Below, piece after piece: positions 51,501 through 63,489 of a DNA stretch of 64,000 bases. Made by a program: the position numbers and the translations under genes. The stretch is from Bugula neritina (Eukaryota > Animalia > Bryozoa). The first letter of the stretch is position 1; every line of letters starts with the position of its first letter. Under the pieces are notes generated by a model that did no database searches, was not told the origin of the DNA, and was given only the letters and a program-made list of their open reading frames with translations. The stretch is from assembly GCA_964035545.1 (NCBI GenBank), contig OZ037769.1:17266633-17330632 (forward strand). The letters run 5' to 3'.

Positions 51501-52675
51501 TAGTAGTGAAATCTAGCATGGAGTGTAAGTAAGACACATGTAATGGAGTACAAGTTACTGTATCCATGATATTATACTGTATAACTAGTCAACTAGTTGT
51601 ATTTCCAATAGTTGAATATTTTATATGATTGATTCTACTTGTAGCATTCATATCAAAAAGTCACCCTGAGTGTGGATCTCTAATGGTTAGAGCTCTTGTA
51701 TCCTCCATGTATAAACATGCCTGTCACCATGACCTCTACACTATATTCAAACAGGTTAATGTGTTGCACTTTGTTACACTTATAAACATAGAGATCTGAT
51801 GAAATTGAAAATGTCACAAATTAATGTTAGCTGTTGGCAAACTAATAATATTAGGAGTAAATATTTATAATTATTTTACAGTTTGTTATAGAGTATTTAC
51901 AGTTTCCTTTTGTTATAGTGTAGGTATTGTTATAGTGTAGGTATTGTTATAGTGAAGGTATTGTTATAGTGTAGGTATTGTTATAGTGAAGGTATTGTTA
52001 TAGTGAAGGTATTGTTATAGTGAAGGTATTGTTATAGTGTAGGTATTGTTATAGTGTAGGTATTGTTATAGTGTAGGTATTGTTATAGTGTAGGTATTGT
52101 TATAGTGAAGGTATTGTTATAGAGAAGGTATTGTTATAGTGTAGGTATTGTTATAGTGTAGGTATTGTTATAGTGTAGGTATTGTTATAGTGTAGGTATT
52201 GTTATAGTGTAGATATTGTTATAGTGTAGGTATTGTTATAGTGTAGGTATTGTTACAGTTAGTGTAGGTATTGTTATAGTGAAAGTATTGTTACAGTGTA
52301 GGTATTGTTATAGTGTAGGTATTGTTATAGTGAAGGTATTGTTATAGTGAAGGTATTGTTACAGTGTAGGTATTGTTATAGTGTAGGTATTGTTATAGTC
52401 TAGGTATTGTTATAGTGTAGGTATTGTTATAGTGTAGGTATTGTTATAGTGTAGGTATTGGTTATTTAGAATAATATGGTATAAAATAGCAATAAGATTT
52501 CACTGTTTACTTGCTTAACATTCTTCAGGTACAGACTAAAGTGAGAAAACTGTGTTTAGATAAAAATCTAGAGAGTGGAGGACAGTTGGTTGTAGTCTGG
52601 GATACTCTCACTCATATGAGAAAACTTTACCTGTTTCCTGGGTTTAATGGCAACCAAAGAGAAGATGACTCTTAG
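39564..52675 (+). CDS. LRR-Roc-COR-caspase fusion protein (MFHAS1-like Roco fused to a caspase-2/9-like peptidase C14), about 1560 aa, 19 coding exons
   Basis: Exons 39564-39612, 40181-40409, nine 144-bp LRR exons, 47759-49761, 49938-50030, 50318-50508, 50591-50761, 50950-51172, 51354-51524, 51645-51754 and 52529-52675 total 4683 nt. All introns are GT-AG and phase-compatible, with no stops. Roc motifs GNTMAGKTS, DMGGQEVY and THEDK; COR-like PLVW, YMHDCGKVLW and FIVP; caspase motifs RGRALIINN, RTGSDVD, MTHG, GKPKVVILEVCSG and KLYLFPG. Confidence 0.85.
40650..46993 (+). repeat. Tandem array of nine 144-bp phase-2/2 LRR cassette exons (48 aa, two LRRs each)
   Basis: Exons 40650-40793, 40921-41064, 41197-41340, 41473-41616, 41749-41892, 42020-42163, 43342-43485, 45143-45286 and 46850-46993. 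Each runs ag|catatcttc...ccaaacag|gtgtgt. Consensus SISSLKNLEVLxISxNxLxEGLPDNIFTSLLSLRxLxMxxCxLPTLPN. Confidence 0.95.
42488..47530. repeat. 23-bp minisatellite arrays (ttatactgagatatattataata)n inside the last four LRR-cassette introns
   Basis: Arrays at about 42488-43300, 43800-45105, 45600-46815 and 47335-47530, each preceded by the same ~310-bp intron segment. Confidence 0.93.
51911..52460. repeat. 17-bp minisatellite in the last intron of the caspase region
   Basis: Unit tgttatagtgtaggtat. Confidence 0.92.
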
Positions 52676-53316
52676 AGTAGTCTATGGAGAAAATGTCAAT
52701 TTAGACATAAATTTATAACTTTTGTTTATCATAGCCCCATAGATATGCCTGTATGCAAATATATTGTATGCAGTTCTTCTAGTTTAGATGTGTCATGTGA
52801 CACTACAGAGTAGTTTATACACAACAATGTTATATTATATACAGGTATACAGTGTTATACTATTATTCTGTTTTACTTCTGTTTACTAGTTCAAAATGTA
52901 TTATAATCTGAGATATACTGGTAGTTCTCAGGTTATTCTACCATGTGTGATACTCCATGTGTTACTAATAGAGTTTGTATGTAGGAGTTGTATTCCTATG
53001 ACATCACTAGACAGAGACTTGGTAACTCAGATATCAGCGTAGTTATGTAATCACGTAATAATATGAATTATAAACATCATAAATCACCAATCTTCTTGTT
53101 TTATTATTATTTTTAATATATTAACAGGCAAATATTATACTTATTCAACTTGTAATGTTTCTTTGAGGCTTGAGATTAATGTTTTTGTGTAGTTTGTTTA
53201 TAAGTGAACTATTAATATATAGATACACATATCATATATGACATAAAGAAATATATATCTATAATATATATGTATTTGTCATAACGTACTCCATATTTGT
53301 TTAGCCTGAGATCTAA

Positions 53317-55358
53317 TCATAAACTGACTAGTATCCTTATGAGTCTCTCCATACTCGGTGATAGATGAATATCTTTTAACTTATAGTTCAGCCCATGGAA
53401 ATCAATCTACAAACACACCATGTAGTGCAAGTTGTAGTACATTATGAGTAGATATATCGCAGGGAAGACAATTCTAAGTTCTAAAAAGTAAAACCTACGG
53501 CTCTGTGTATTCAGTAAAGTAAACTGAAGTACACAAGTAAATGCTGTATGCTGCGTAGTAATGATTATAAGGTATTCAACACATAATACTATATCTTATA
53601 TATCTATGTATAGCAGCTGACTGAGTAAGTTAGTCTGAGAAATATGGCTTTACCTGCTCCATCAGCTCTTTGGGGTACTTTCTAGGTCTACTATTCAACT
53701 CGAGTATTTGAGTCACGGAGATTTTATTCTCTAGTTTAACTCTGTTTCTCTCCACCTATTAAACACACAAGAGAGCATACTATATATATACCCTGACACA
53801 TGTGACTGAACAGATGGTGTCATGTGACTGAACAGATTGTGTCATGTGACTGAACAGATGGTTTCATGTGACTGAACAGATGGTGTCATGTGACTGAACA
53901 GATGGTGTCATGTGACTGAACAGATGGTGCCATGTGACTGAACAGATGGTGTCATGTGACTGAACAGATGGTGTCATGTGACTAAACAGATGGTGTCATG
54001 TCACTGAACAGATGGTGTCATGTGACTGAACAGATGGTGTCATGTGACTGAACAGATGGTGTCATGTGACCTCACAGCTCCTTACCTCCTTCACCAAGTG
54101 TTTCTCGCTGTCACTGACATCTACAGTCACATTGACCTCTGTGTGTAGTAACTCACTCTCCAGCTGAGCTTTGTCTTTGTACACATTAGCGGAGATCTTT
54201 CTGGCTGTCTTCTCCAAGGCTGCCCGTTGCTATGAAATACCAACTGCTGGTTACTAGAGTTACGGTGACATCAGAATACGCTGCCGACAGCACAGGAAGT
54301 TACACTCACCAGAGACTGCTGATGTACTTGCTCTCGTTCTCTCTGCTCGGACCGACTCTTCAGTTGAACCTCACGCTCTCTCAGAGTGATGTACGTCGTG
54401 TAGTCTGCCTCTAGTCGCTGCTCGTTCTCCCACCTGCACAGGATGTCCACTTAGTATACAGACGTACACTTAGTATACAGACTAAGTATACAGATATACA
54501 CTTAGTATACAGACTTAGTATACAGACGTACACTTAGTATACAGACGTATACACTTAGTATACAGATGTACACTTAGTATACAGACGTACACTTAGTATA
54601 CAGACGTACACTTAGTTTACAGACTTAGTATACAGACGTACATGAAAAAGAAAGACTCACCAAGATTCCATGTAACTCGGGTCAAAAAGTCTCTCTGCCA
54701 GGGCCGCCTGACCCATAAACATTTTGAAAGTAATTTTGATGGTTTCTTCGAGTTCATAGCAAAGTATACCGTGTATGTAGTAGTTGAGGGATGAGTCGGA
54801 TGGACTAAATGACCTTGAGGTCACCGAAAAGGTGCAAACAGCTTTCAGTGCTTTCTTTAATTTCTAGAGAAACGGAATAAACCAGGTTTATAAAACAGAC
54901 CTGATTGAAAGAAGCTTTTAATGATGAGCTAGAGTTTCAACAGGCATGTGACCTATATCTAACAAGTGTGTGACCTATATGTGATAATAATATGACCTAT
55001 ATCTGACAAGCGTGTGACCTATAACCGACAGGCATATGACCCATATCTAACAAGTGTGTGACCTACATCTGATAAGTGTGTGATCTATATCTCACGAGCG
55101 TGACCTATACCTGACCAGCAAGTGACCTATATATCTGACCAGCATTTGACCTACTTCTAGAGAGTCTATGCCATCTGCTTTAATATCCTTATGTTTGGTA
55201 TACTGTCTGTGGTAAAGTAACTTCTTCACCCGAGAGGTGATGACGCAGTACTTGGCGAGGTAGTCTACGGGAGTCAGTTCGGAGAGGGTCTCCAGGTTGA
55301 TGGGCATCTCAAACCTCGGCAGCTCCACAAATCCCTTCGGCAGCCATTCCGAGGGTTG
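53317..55358 (-). CDS. Uncharacterised protein with a degenerate EF-hand-like region; 5' exons not found in the window (partial)
   Basis: Six phase-compatible exons: ..LTPVDYLAKYCVITSRVKKLLYHRQYTKHKDIKADGIDSLE|KLKKALK..ITFKMFMGQAALAERL..|..YPKELMEQ|IDFHGLNYKLKDIHLSPSMERLIRILVSL*. The first visible exon begins at an acceptor. Confidence 0.65.
53800..54070. repeat. 22-bp intronic minisatellite
   Basis: Unit catgtgactgaacagatggtgt. Confidence 0.9.
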
Positions 55359-55656
55359 CTACAGGCAGACAGCAGAGGGTGAAGTTATATAATATGAGCA
55401 CAGCAAGTCATGTCTATTATAATTCCTTATCAAATAAGGAGTTGTGTTCTCCTAAAGGTTGATATACTGGTTTGAAGTATTTAGTTTGGTTGTGAAACTA
55501 GATGCTTATCTCTCAGACTAGGAAGCTGTGATTTACTGAGAAGACAATTTTACAATAACTATGTATTTATGTAATATATGATAATGATCTAACAGCATTG
55601 TTAGTTGAGTCATATGTTACAGTCACTGTGAACTCAAAGTGATGGTGTGTTTAGTA

Positions 55657-56587
55657 ATTAACTTTAACCCTTTGCTCTAGTACAAACAAACTTCTATTGT
55701 TACAGCTTAGCCATGAATTAGTTAGTATTTTATTGAAAAGCACCTAAACCACCCATAGAGCACATTCACTAGAGATCCAAGGCCACAACTTGAAGAAGGG
55801 ACTAACCCTATTCATGCTGTCTAGCTTCTACCTCACTATTCAAGTTTATTGATATACTCTAATAACTACAGTCTTTGTTATTGACTAGACAAGCTAAATT
55901 AAGAAATATCAGGGATTATATTACAAACTGGGCAGCCATAACTTGGGTAATATAACCAAAGCTCTTTCCATGTATGTATTCATCTATTCTTTATAACTAC
56001 CATCATATTATTAGCTAACAAAGCTTTTTATTACAAGCTATTATTCACATTTCTCACTAGTAGACTACAAACTTTCCTATTGGTTGATTGCCAAATCTCA
56101 TCAATAAACTAGAATCAATACCAAAGAGTATACACAGCTTGAGTAAATATGATTATTCATAACAGCCAATACCAAAGTGCATATAGTATTTCAACAACAT
56201 ATCACTTGACCGTGTAACAACTATTACTTGCAGTAACAATACTAACTAGCACACACTAAGATGGAAGTCACTGGTCCCTTCCTAGTCATATTAAAAAGAT
56301 AATCAAGTTGATTTATGGAGGATATGACGTAACATATGCAGATGGTGAAGAGTATCTCAACTCACCTGCTGACTTCATTTGAATTCACTGTAAGTAAATT
56401 TTGTTTATTATATAAATGTATATGAACCTGTAAAGGGTAAAATTGAGTTGAATATGAAGACACCTACGAAGTGAAAGTGGGTTAACCTCAAAATGAAAAC
56501 ATTATTCGTGTGCCCGAGGCACAAAACATTTATTAATACCTCAATATTATAAAATCTCTCAGTACAACTACGTCATCTAACATTACA
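55657..56587 (+). repeat. Copy 2 of the Roco-caspase 5' block, ending at the Gypsy 5' LTR
   Basis: Diverged but colinear copy of 38422-39373. Confidence 0.85.
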
Positions 56588-56939
56588 TATTGTGGTGGCT
56601 TGCGGGGCTACCAGCAGCGTAATTATGGAGAAATGTTATTTCCCCCACGAGTGCAGCACGGGGTCATTGAGATGACCCGGAACAGCAGACAACCAATCGG
56701 CGTGACTAACAGTTTTGGTAGTCGTAGTTTCCCGCTGTTTAGTTAGTAGAGTTTAGACTGGTGAACTGTATAGACCGTATCAATTAGCTGAATGTATTTG
56801 TGTTACTATAGTTTTTGTGATGTATTCTTGTGTGTAAAATATATTAGTGTTAACTCGAATTATCCTGGCGAAGTTTCTTTAGCATAATAAATAGACTCTC
56901 GTGATTGCACACCAACCCAAATTCTGGAAATTATAACAG

Positions 56940-56957
56940 TGGTGGCAGCGGTGGGAT
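56940..56957 (+). promoter_or_regulatory. Primer-binding site complementary to the tRNA-Leu 3' end
   Basis: tggtggcagcggtgggat is the complement of ...atcccaccgctgccacca and lies 1 nt after the 5' LTR. Confidence 0.85.
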
Positions 56958-56971
56958 AGTGCACATCCAAG

Positions 56972-57903
56972 ATGGAGACTGAAGATGCTGGAACGCAACC
57001 ACAGCCGGTAGAAGGTGAGCGTAGAGATGATGTTATTCCTGTGAATCGTGTTGTAGAAGAGCGAAGAGTTCCTCGGGAACTGAACGAAGACCTCTGCCGG
57101 TTAAAGGCACCCACCTTCACTGGCGAAGGCGAAGTGGAACAATTCATTCAAGAGTTTAGCGACGTGATGGACGTTGCCCAGTAGCCACCTAGGGTGGCCC
57201 TGCTGAAGCTCAGAATGTCATTGATGGATAAGGCCAAGCCCTATGGGTTAGGGGCAGACATCGATAGTATCTTTGCTTCTCCACGAGCCCGCTTCGGCAT
57301 CTCTGCCATAGATGCCCGGGCTTGTCTACAAAGGCTGCGGCGTGATCCCACACCCCGCTACAGGAACATGCCACCACGATGATGAAGCTGGCGCAGATTG
57401 CGTATAGCGATCTGCCTCAAGCTAACCGTGAGAGGTGCACCTTTGACGCCTTTGTGCAATCTGTCAACGACTTGGGACTCCACCATCAATTTCTAGCTAG
57501 GGGAGTTACCACAGTCGAAGACGCTCTGGCGGAAGGAGAAGCTTATCTTCTGGCAAACCAGATGCATAGAAATCGCGGGAACTCCCACCAGGTGGAGATA
57601 GAGCCCACGGACACGGCAGCCGATCGGGAGGCAGAGCCCTCCGCGACCGCTGTCGTGGGACAGTTAACTGCCGCATCGAAGGTCGCCCAACTGACTGACA
57701 TGTTGGCTAAACTGGTAGCAGCACTGACACATCAAACCCCAGTAGGTACCGTCTATGAGCCTCCGCAGCCACCGGGGGAAACAGTCAGTTTTTGCTGGGA
57801 ATGTGGAAACCAAGGACATTTCCGCAGATACTGGCCTCTCCTTGCTCCGGGGTTAAACTACCGTGGCCCGCAGATGTTCCCGCCTCCTGCGGGCCGACGA
57901 TGA
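56972..57903 (+). pseudogene. gag: Gypsy gag, disrupted
   Basis: APTFTGEGEVEQFIQEF and a degenerate zinc knuckle CWECGNQGHFRRYW; in-frame stop near 57182 and a frameshift near 57355. Confidence 0.85.
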
Positions 57904-58159
57904 ATCCCCCAGGGAAGAGGAAACGTAGGTCACTCAGACGGGTACTGCGTGCTAACAACCAGAAGGGGCGACAGCCACGGCAAACAGGTAAGGGGCTCCG
58001 CCCCGCTGTTACCTTCTCTATGCCACTCCACAACCGATTCAACGGGCCCAAGAATCAGAAAGGGAACCAATACAGGCAACTGGAAACTTACCCTCCCTAT
58101 CTCCGAGGACACCCTACCACCGTCCCAAACGACCACCCTCGCGACCTAAAGCGAGGGAG

Positions 58160-61100
58160 GTGCTCCCTGCGAGAGTAAGGCACGAAGAGAGAGTACAGGT
58201 ACAGCCTCATGGGAACAGCTATTTCTTACCCGGCAAAATAAAGGGTAAAGCTGTTACTTTCCTGCTTGATTTGGGCTGTACCACGAACCTCATAAGTCGC
58301 CAACTCTTCGATACCCTCAGCACTAGGGTCAGGGGCGAGATGGAACCGTACGAGGGAGAGTATGGCACCCTGGCTGACGGGTCGTGCATTCCCTTCTATG
58401 GTATAATTAAGCTGACCGGACGCGTCTGAGATCAAACGATCCAAGAGACGTTTATCGTTAGTCAGCTCAAAGAGGACGCCATCCTCGGGATGCCATTCCT
58501 GAAACGGCACGGATGTCACATTGACTTCAGTAAGTCTGCAATGGTGATGTCCGGGCGAGAACTCACCTGTGTCGACAAGTTCTGTCGCCCCTTAGTGGGA
58601 GGCGTGCAGGTGGTACGAAACTGTACTGTACCAGGCCGCTCCCGAGCTACTATCCACTGTAGAGTGAACAATAACCAGATCTCTGGACTCGGAGTAGTTG
58701 AAAGCGTGCACGAAAGAATCCAACTCGCCAGCAGTTTGAACCAACTGACTGCGCGAGGAGAGATCTTAGTGCAGTGCGTAAACCCTTTTACCGAGTCCAT
58801 TAAGCTACCAGCTGGATCTATGCTGGGCCGGTTCCACTCTGTCCAAGAGGAGGATGTGGGCCCGTCGCTGGGAGACGCAACAGAAGAGCACCCTCGACGC
58901 CCTCAGAAGGGGCGGGGGACTGTCCCAACACACATCAGGGAGTTATACGAGACAGCTTGTGGTGGCTGTGCAAGCAACGAGGAACGCCAGGCTATGGCGA
59001 AGTTGCTACGCGACTACGGTGATGTGTTCAGCAGCGGAGATCACGACGTGGGACTGACTGGAGCTGTCAGACACGAGATACCGCTGACTGCAGGGACAGT
59101 CCCTATTCGGCAACCCACCCGCAGGTTGGGGCCGGAGAAGGAGAAGGAGGTCAGCTGACAAATCCGGGATCTTCTGGACTGCGGCTTTATCGAGCCAGCC
59201 CACAGTGCGTGGAGCTCGCCGGTCGTGTTGGTCTGGAAGAAAGACGGAAGTTGGCGGTTCTGTGTGGACTACCGCAAGCTCAATAGCGTGACCATACAGG
59301 ACGCCTACCCTCTACTTCGTATTGATGAATCACTGGACGCCCTAGCCGGCAGCAAGTACTTCAGTACATTAGACTTGTTGAGGGGTTACTGGCAGGTTCC
59401 TCTGAGTCCCGACGCCTAGGAGAAGGCGGCGTTTAACACACGGTACGGACTGTGGAAGTGGAAGGTGCTGCCCTTCGAGTTAAGCTCCGCACCGGCCACC
59501 TTTCAGAGGCTGATGGAGCAAGTCCTCAGCGGACTCCACTGGAAAACACTGCTGATCTACCTCGATGACGTCATCGTGATCTCCCTGGACTTCGAGACAC
59601 ACGTCAGCCGTCTGCGGGAGGTTTTCAAAAGACTCAGAGGTGCCGGTCTGAAGCTCAAACCTTCCAAGTGTGCTCTTTTGCAGCTGGAGATCAAGTACCT
59701 GGGGCACGTTGTCGGTCGAAACGGCGTGGCAACGGATCCCGAAAAGGTGCGGGCGATAGAGGACTGGGTCACTCCCCAAGATTTGACCGGACTCCGGGCT
59801 TTCTTGGGTCTGGTGGGGTATTACAGGCAATACATACCAGACTTTGCGGGGATAGAACAGCCGTTAAACCGGCTCACCGCAAAGGGAGTGACGTGGCAGT
59901 GGACCCCGGTCGTACAACGGGCGTTCGACCGCCTCAAGGGTTGTCTACTTACGGCACCCATCTTGGCCTACCTAGACCCCACTCTGGAGTACATCCTTGA
60001 CACAGACGCTAGTGACCAGAATGTTGGCGCTGTGCTGTCTCAAGTGCAGGAAGGCCGAGAAGTAGTGGTAGCGTACTAAAGCAAGTCTCTCTCACCCACT
60101 GAACGAAATTACTGCACTACCCGCAAGGAGTTGCTGGCAGTAATCAAGTCAGTGAAGCACTTCAGACCACACCTGTATGGCAGGAACTTCCGGCTGCGTA
60201 CGGATCATGCCTCTCTGATTTGGTTGTGCAAGAAAGCTGAGCCGTCCAGTCAGGTCGCCCGGTGGCTCGAAATCCTAGCTGAGTTCTCCTACCGGATCGA
60301 ACACTGGCCGGGTAAGAGGCACAGGAATGCGGATGGGTTGAGCCAGCGACGTGATGGAGGTTGTAAACAGTGTCTCAACATTGAGAGGAGGGATGGAGGT
60401 CCCCCACGATGTGAGTTAGAGACACTGGCTCACCACGGAGCACAGTTTGACTGGGACCAGGGTCAACTCCAGCAGACGGTTGACGAGTCCCCGGAGGTTG
60501 TACTAAACCTTCGCGCCAACCCTGTTTTGGCCGATAATGTCCAGGAGCTGAAGAATCTTCAGGAAGAGCTGCCTGGAGTAGTGGCAGACATATATCGGGC
60601 CAAAAAGGAAAGGCGACGACCCAGCGAGGAACAACTGCGGCAGGGATGCGCCGAGTTCCGGCTATTCTGCCAACGTTGGGACTCGCTGAGGATTGGGCCA
60701 GATGGTCTGCTGACCATTTCTTTGGCCGCCAACGGCAGACACCCGGAGAGGAAGAAAGTGGTCTGCCCCACTGCCATACGCCGTGAGTTAATTTGGGACA
60801 CTCATAAACAGGCTCACGCAGGAGTCAAGAGAGTGATCTCCAAATTGCAACTCCGGTGGTATTGGCCCAAGATGGGGCGTGATGTCCGACTCAGAGTCAA
60901 ACAGTGTAAAATCTGCCAGGCCAGCAAGCATGTCCGTCTCCCTGGTGAAGCGGGACGGCGAAGGTTATATGCTGAAAGGCCGTGGCAAGTAGTAACTGTC
61001 GACCTGGTCGGACCCATGCCCCTAACCCCCAGAGGCAATAGTTGGATCTTAGCATTAACCGACCACTTTACGAGGTGGGCGGATGCTCCGGCGATCCCAG

Positions 61101-61981
61101 ATGCGTCAGCTCCGACAGTGGCCAGGGTGCTAGACCAACATGTATTCTGTCACTTTGGCCTCTTCGAACAGATACACTTTGACCAAGGCGTCCAGTTCCA
61201 GTCTCAACTGATGAGCGACCTTTGTCGCCTCTGGGGAGTAAATCAGAGCAGGACCACTCCTTACCATCCCCAAGGCAACGAGGTGGTGGAGCGCAATAAC
61301 CGGATGCTAAGTGATGCGCTCCGGAGTCTACTCCTCGGACACAGTCAGGAGGAATGGGACACGGTGTTGCAGCAAGTCATGCGCGCATACCGTAGCACCC
61401 CACACACCAGTACTGGTGAGACCCCAAACCTCCTGATGCTCGGGAGGGAGACTCGTGTCCCAGACCATCTTACCTACCACATTCCAGAACAAGACAACTC
61501 AGTTCACGAGTATGCCAGTGAACTAGTGGAACGGATGAAGGTCGCACACGAAATGCTGCGAGAGAAGCAGTGGCAGGTGCGGCGCGAAGATTCCGAGAAA
61601 CCACCTCTCTATCAGACAGGAGATTGGGTGTGGATGGTCAATTACCGTAGGCATTGCGGACAGGCGGCTAAGTTACAGCCTAAGTTCGTGGGACCCTACG
61701 TGATAGTCGAGGCTATGCCCAACCATACCTACAAGATCGAGCGCTCAGGACAAGTGTCCATCCCAAATGAGGCTCGCTTGAAGCCGTATTGGGCTAGCCC
61801 AGACGCAGTGAGAGAAGCCCCCCCCCATTGTTGGAACCCAGGAGGCAGACGACAATGCGTGGGCGACGGCGGCATGGATCCGAGTATGAAGTGGTCATTC
61901 CGCAGGAAGAAGATTTGGTACGAGACGAGCGACCGCTTCTACCCACAGAAGTGCGTCCGCCGCCTCCTATACCAAGTCTGA
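58160..61981 (+). pseudogene. pol: Gypsy pol (protease-RT-RNase H-integrase), multiple stops
   Basis: FLLDLGCTT (protease); WRFCVDYRKLN and YLDDVIV (RT); DTDASD and RTDHASL (RNase H); HxxxHxG..CKIC, DLVGP, TTPYHPQGN and GPY (integrase). Stops at about 58427, 59156, 59417 and 60077. Confidence 0.93.
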
Positions 61982-62614
61982 TGCCATCACTTCCAGAAAC
62001 CGAACCGGTTCCGAAAGTGCAAACCCTCACGGAGGGAGGGGCTCCATCCAGAGAACAGGAAAAAGTAACCACTACCGGTGAATTAGAAGCGCCACCAGAG
62101 GCCCCTACTAGCCGGTGAGTGCGCCACCTCCCCTAGAGTGGGGACAACGTACGAGGCAACCCCCATCATATTCAAAAGATTTCGTATGTGACTGCATGCA
62201 AAGCGGCGCGTATGAAAGTCTAGAGGGGAACCATACGAGAAAAGTATCGAGCAATTGTAGGAATTGTCAGCACCACGGGAATATCAACTTTTGCATCGGC
62301 GGATTTAGAAATAAAATTCATTCGCCGAGTGTGCAAAGTCCTAGTCACGCACCCCAACCATGTTGCTCGATCTTTTCTCACGCTGATGCAGTCAAGAGCA
62401 GACGTGCTTCTAGTCACTAGTACAAACCATTCACAAACATTCAGTACGTCATACAATACCGGATCGTGGGGTGAGTTAGCTATGTTCCTGATATGGAAAC
62501 TAGATTGCATCACTCAGCTCTGACTCGACTGAGTCAATCGAGCTGGAGATAGGCTAGTGAACTGTAGTGGTAGGAACTCAGATTGACTTAGAGATTTCAC
62601 GATCTCACTGCAGT

Positions 62615-63489
62615 ATGTGTTCTCTTCCAACTATTCACTACCGTAAATCTCTGCGAGTGTTAACCGAACGGGAAGTTGTCAGGCTGTTTAAGGCCGACAA
62701 CACTACAGTGTATGTTACTAATGCTGTTGAAACTCTTTCAGGTTCCACTCGGCCCGCTACAACCAGGGTACGGGATAGAGCACCTCCCGCTCCGCACCAC
62801 GAGGAGAATGTCAATGACAGACTACCCGGGCCACTGCGCCGCCGCTGGCGGTGGGTGTCGCCAGAGACGGAGAGGAAAATAGAGGCTGCATGGGGACCCA
62901 AAGAGAGTACACAGTGCCAACTCTGTTATGAGGATAGCCCGTCTCACCGCGCACTAAGCTTACACGTGGACGCCCACTACCTCCTGACATTCTGCCCCTG
63001 TGGACACCACGACATTTATCCATACCCCGTTATTAGACATCGAGCAGCTGGATGCTTTCCGGGGGAAAACTACGTGGTGGATGCTGATCTATACCCGAAA
63101 TTCTTAGTACTAATACGGCCTTTTGTGAGGAAAGCGATGCTGTTGGCCGTTTTGACTGCCGGGTTCCAGCATGTGATAAAATACGCTCGACAACAATCCT
63201 CGATGGTATCGGACAGACCCAGATTACATACACCCCTGAAAAAATCACCTACTCGGATGCGGAAGAGGAAGTCACACCTCCCCCTCGTAAAGTCCCGACC
63301 CCATCTCCAGACCGTACTCGTCTTGCTACTGTAGAGGAGCGGCTCCTTCGGCGACAGGCTGAATTTACTCAGTTAGCACCAGACCTACTCAGTACCACAA
63401 CAGGACTTTATCAATTAAAGGGCTCCGTGGGCCAGATTAAACGGAAATTACGTGCCCGTCGAGCCAAACATCGGCTCTTCAAACCCTGA
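62615..63489 (+). pseudogene. Extra Cys/His-rich ORF between the integrase and the 3' LTR, frameshifted near its 3' end
   Basis: CQLC..LSLHVDAH..CPCGH..HRAAGC, then a frameshifted coiled-coil-like tail ending at tga 63489. Confidence 0.6.

Noticed and set aside
62615-63489. env gene of an errantivirus
   Set aside because: No signal peptide, furin/fusion peptide arrangement or clear TM anchor is seen.
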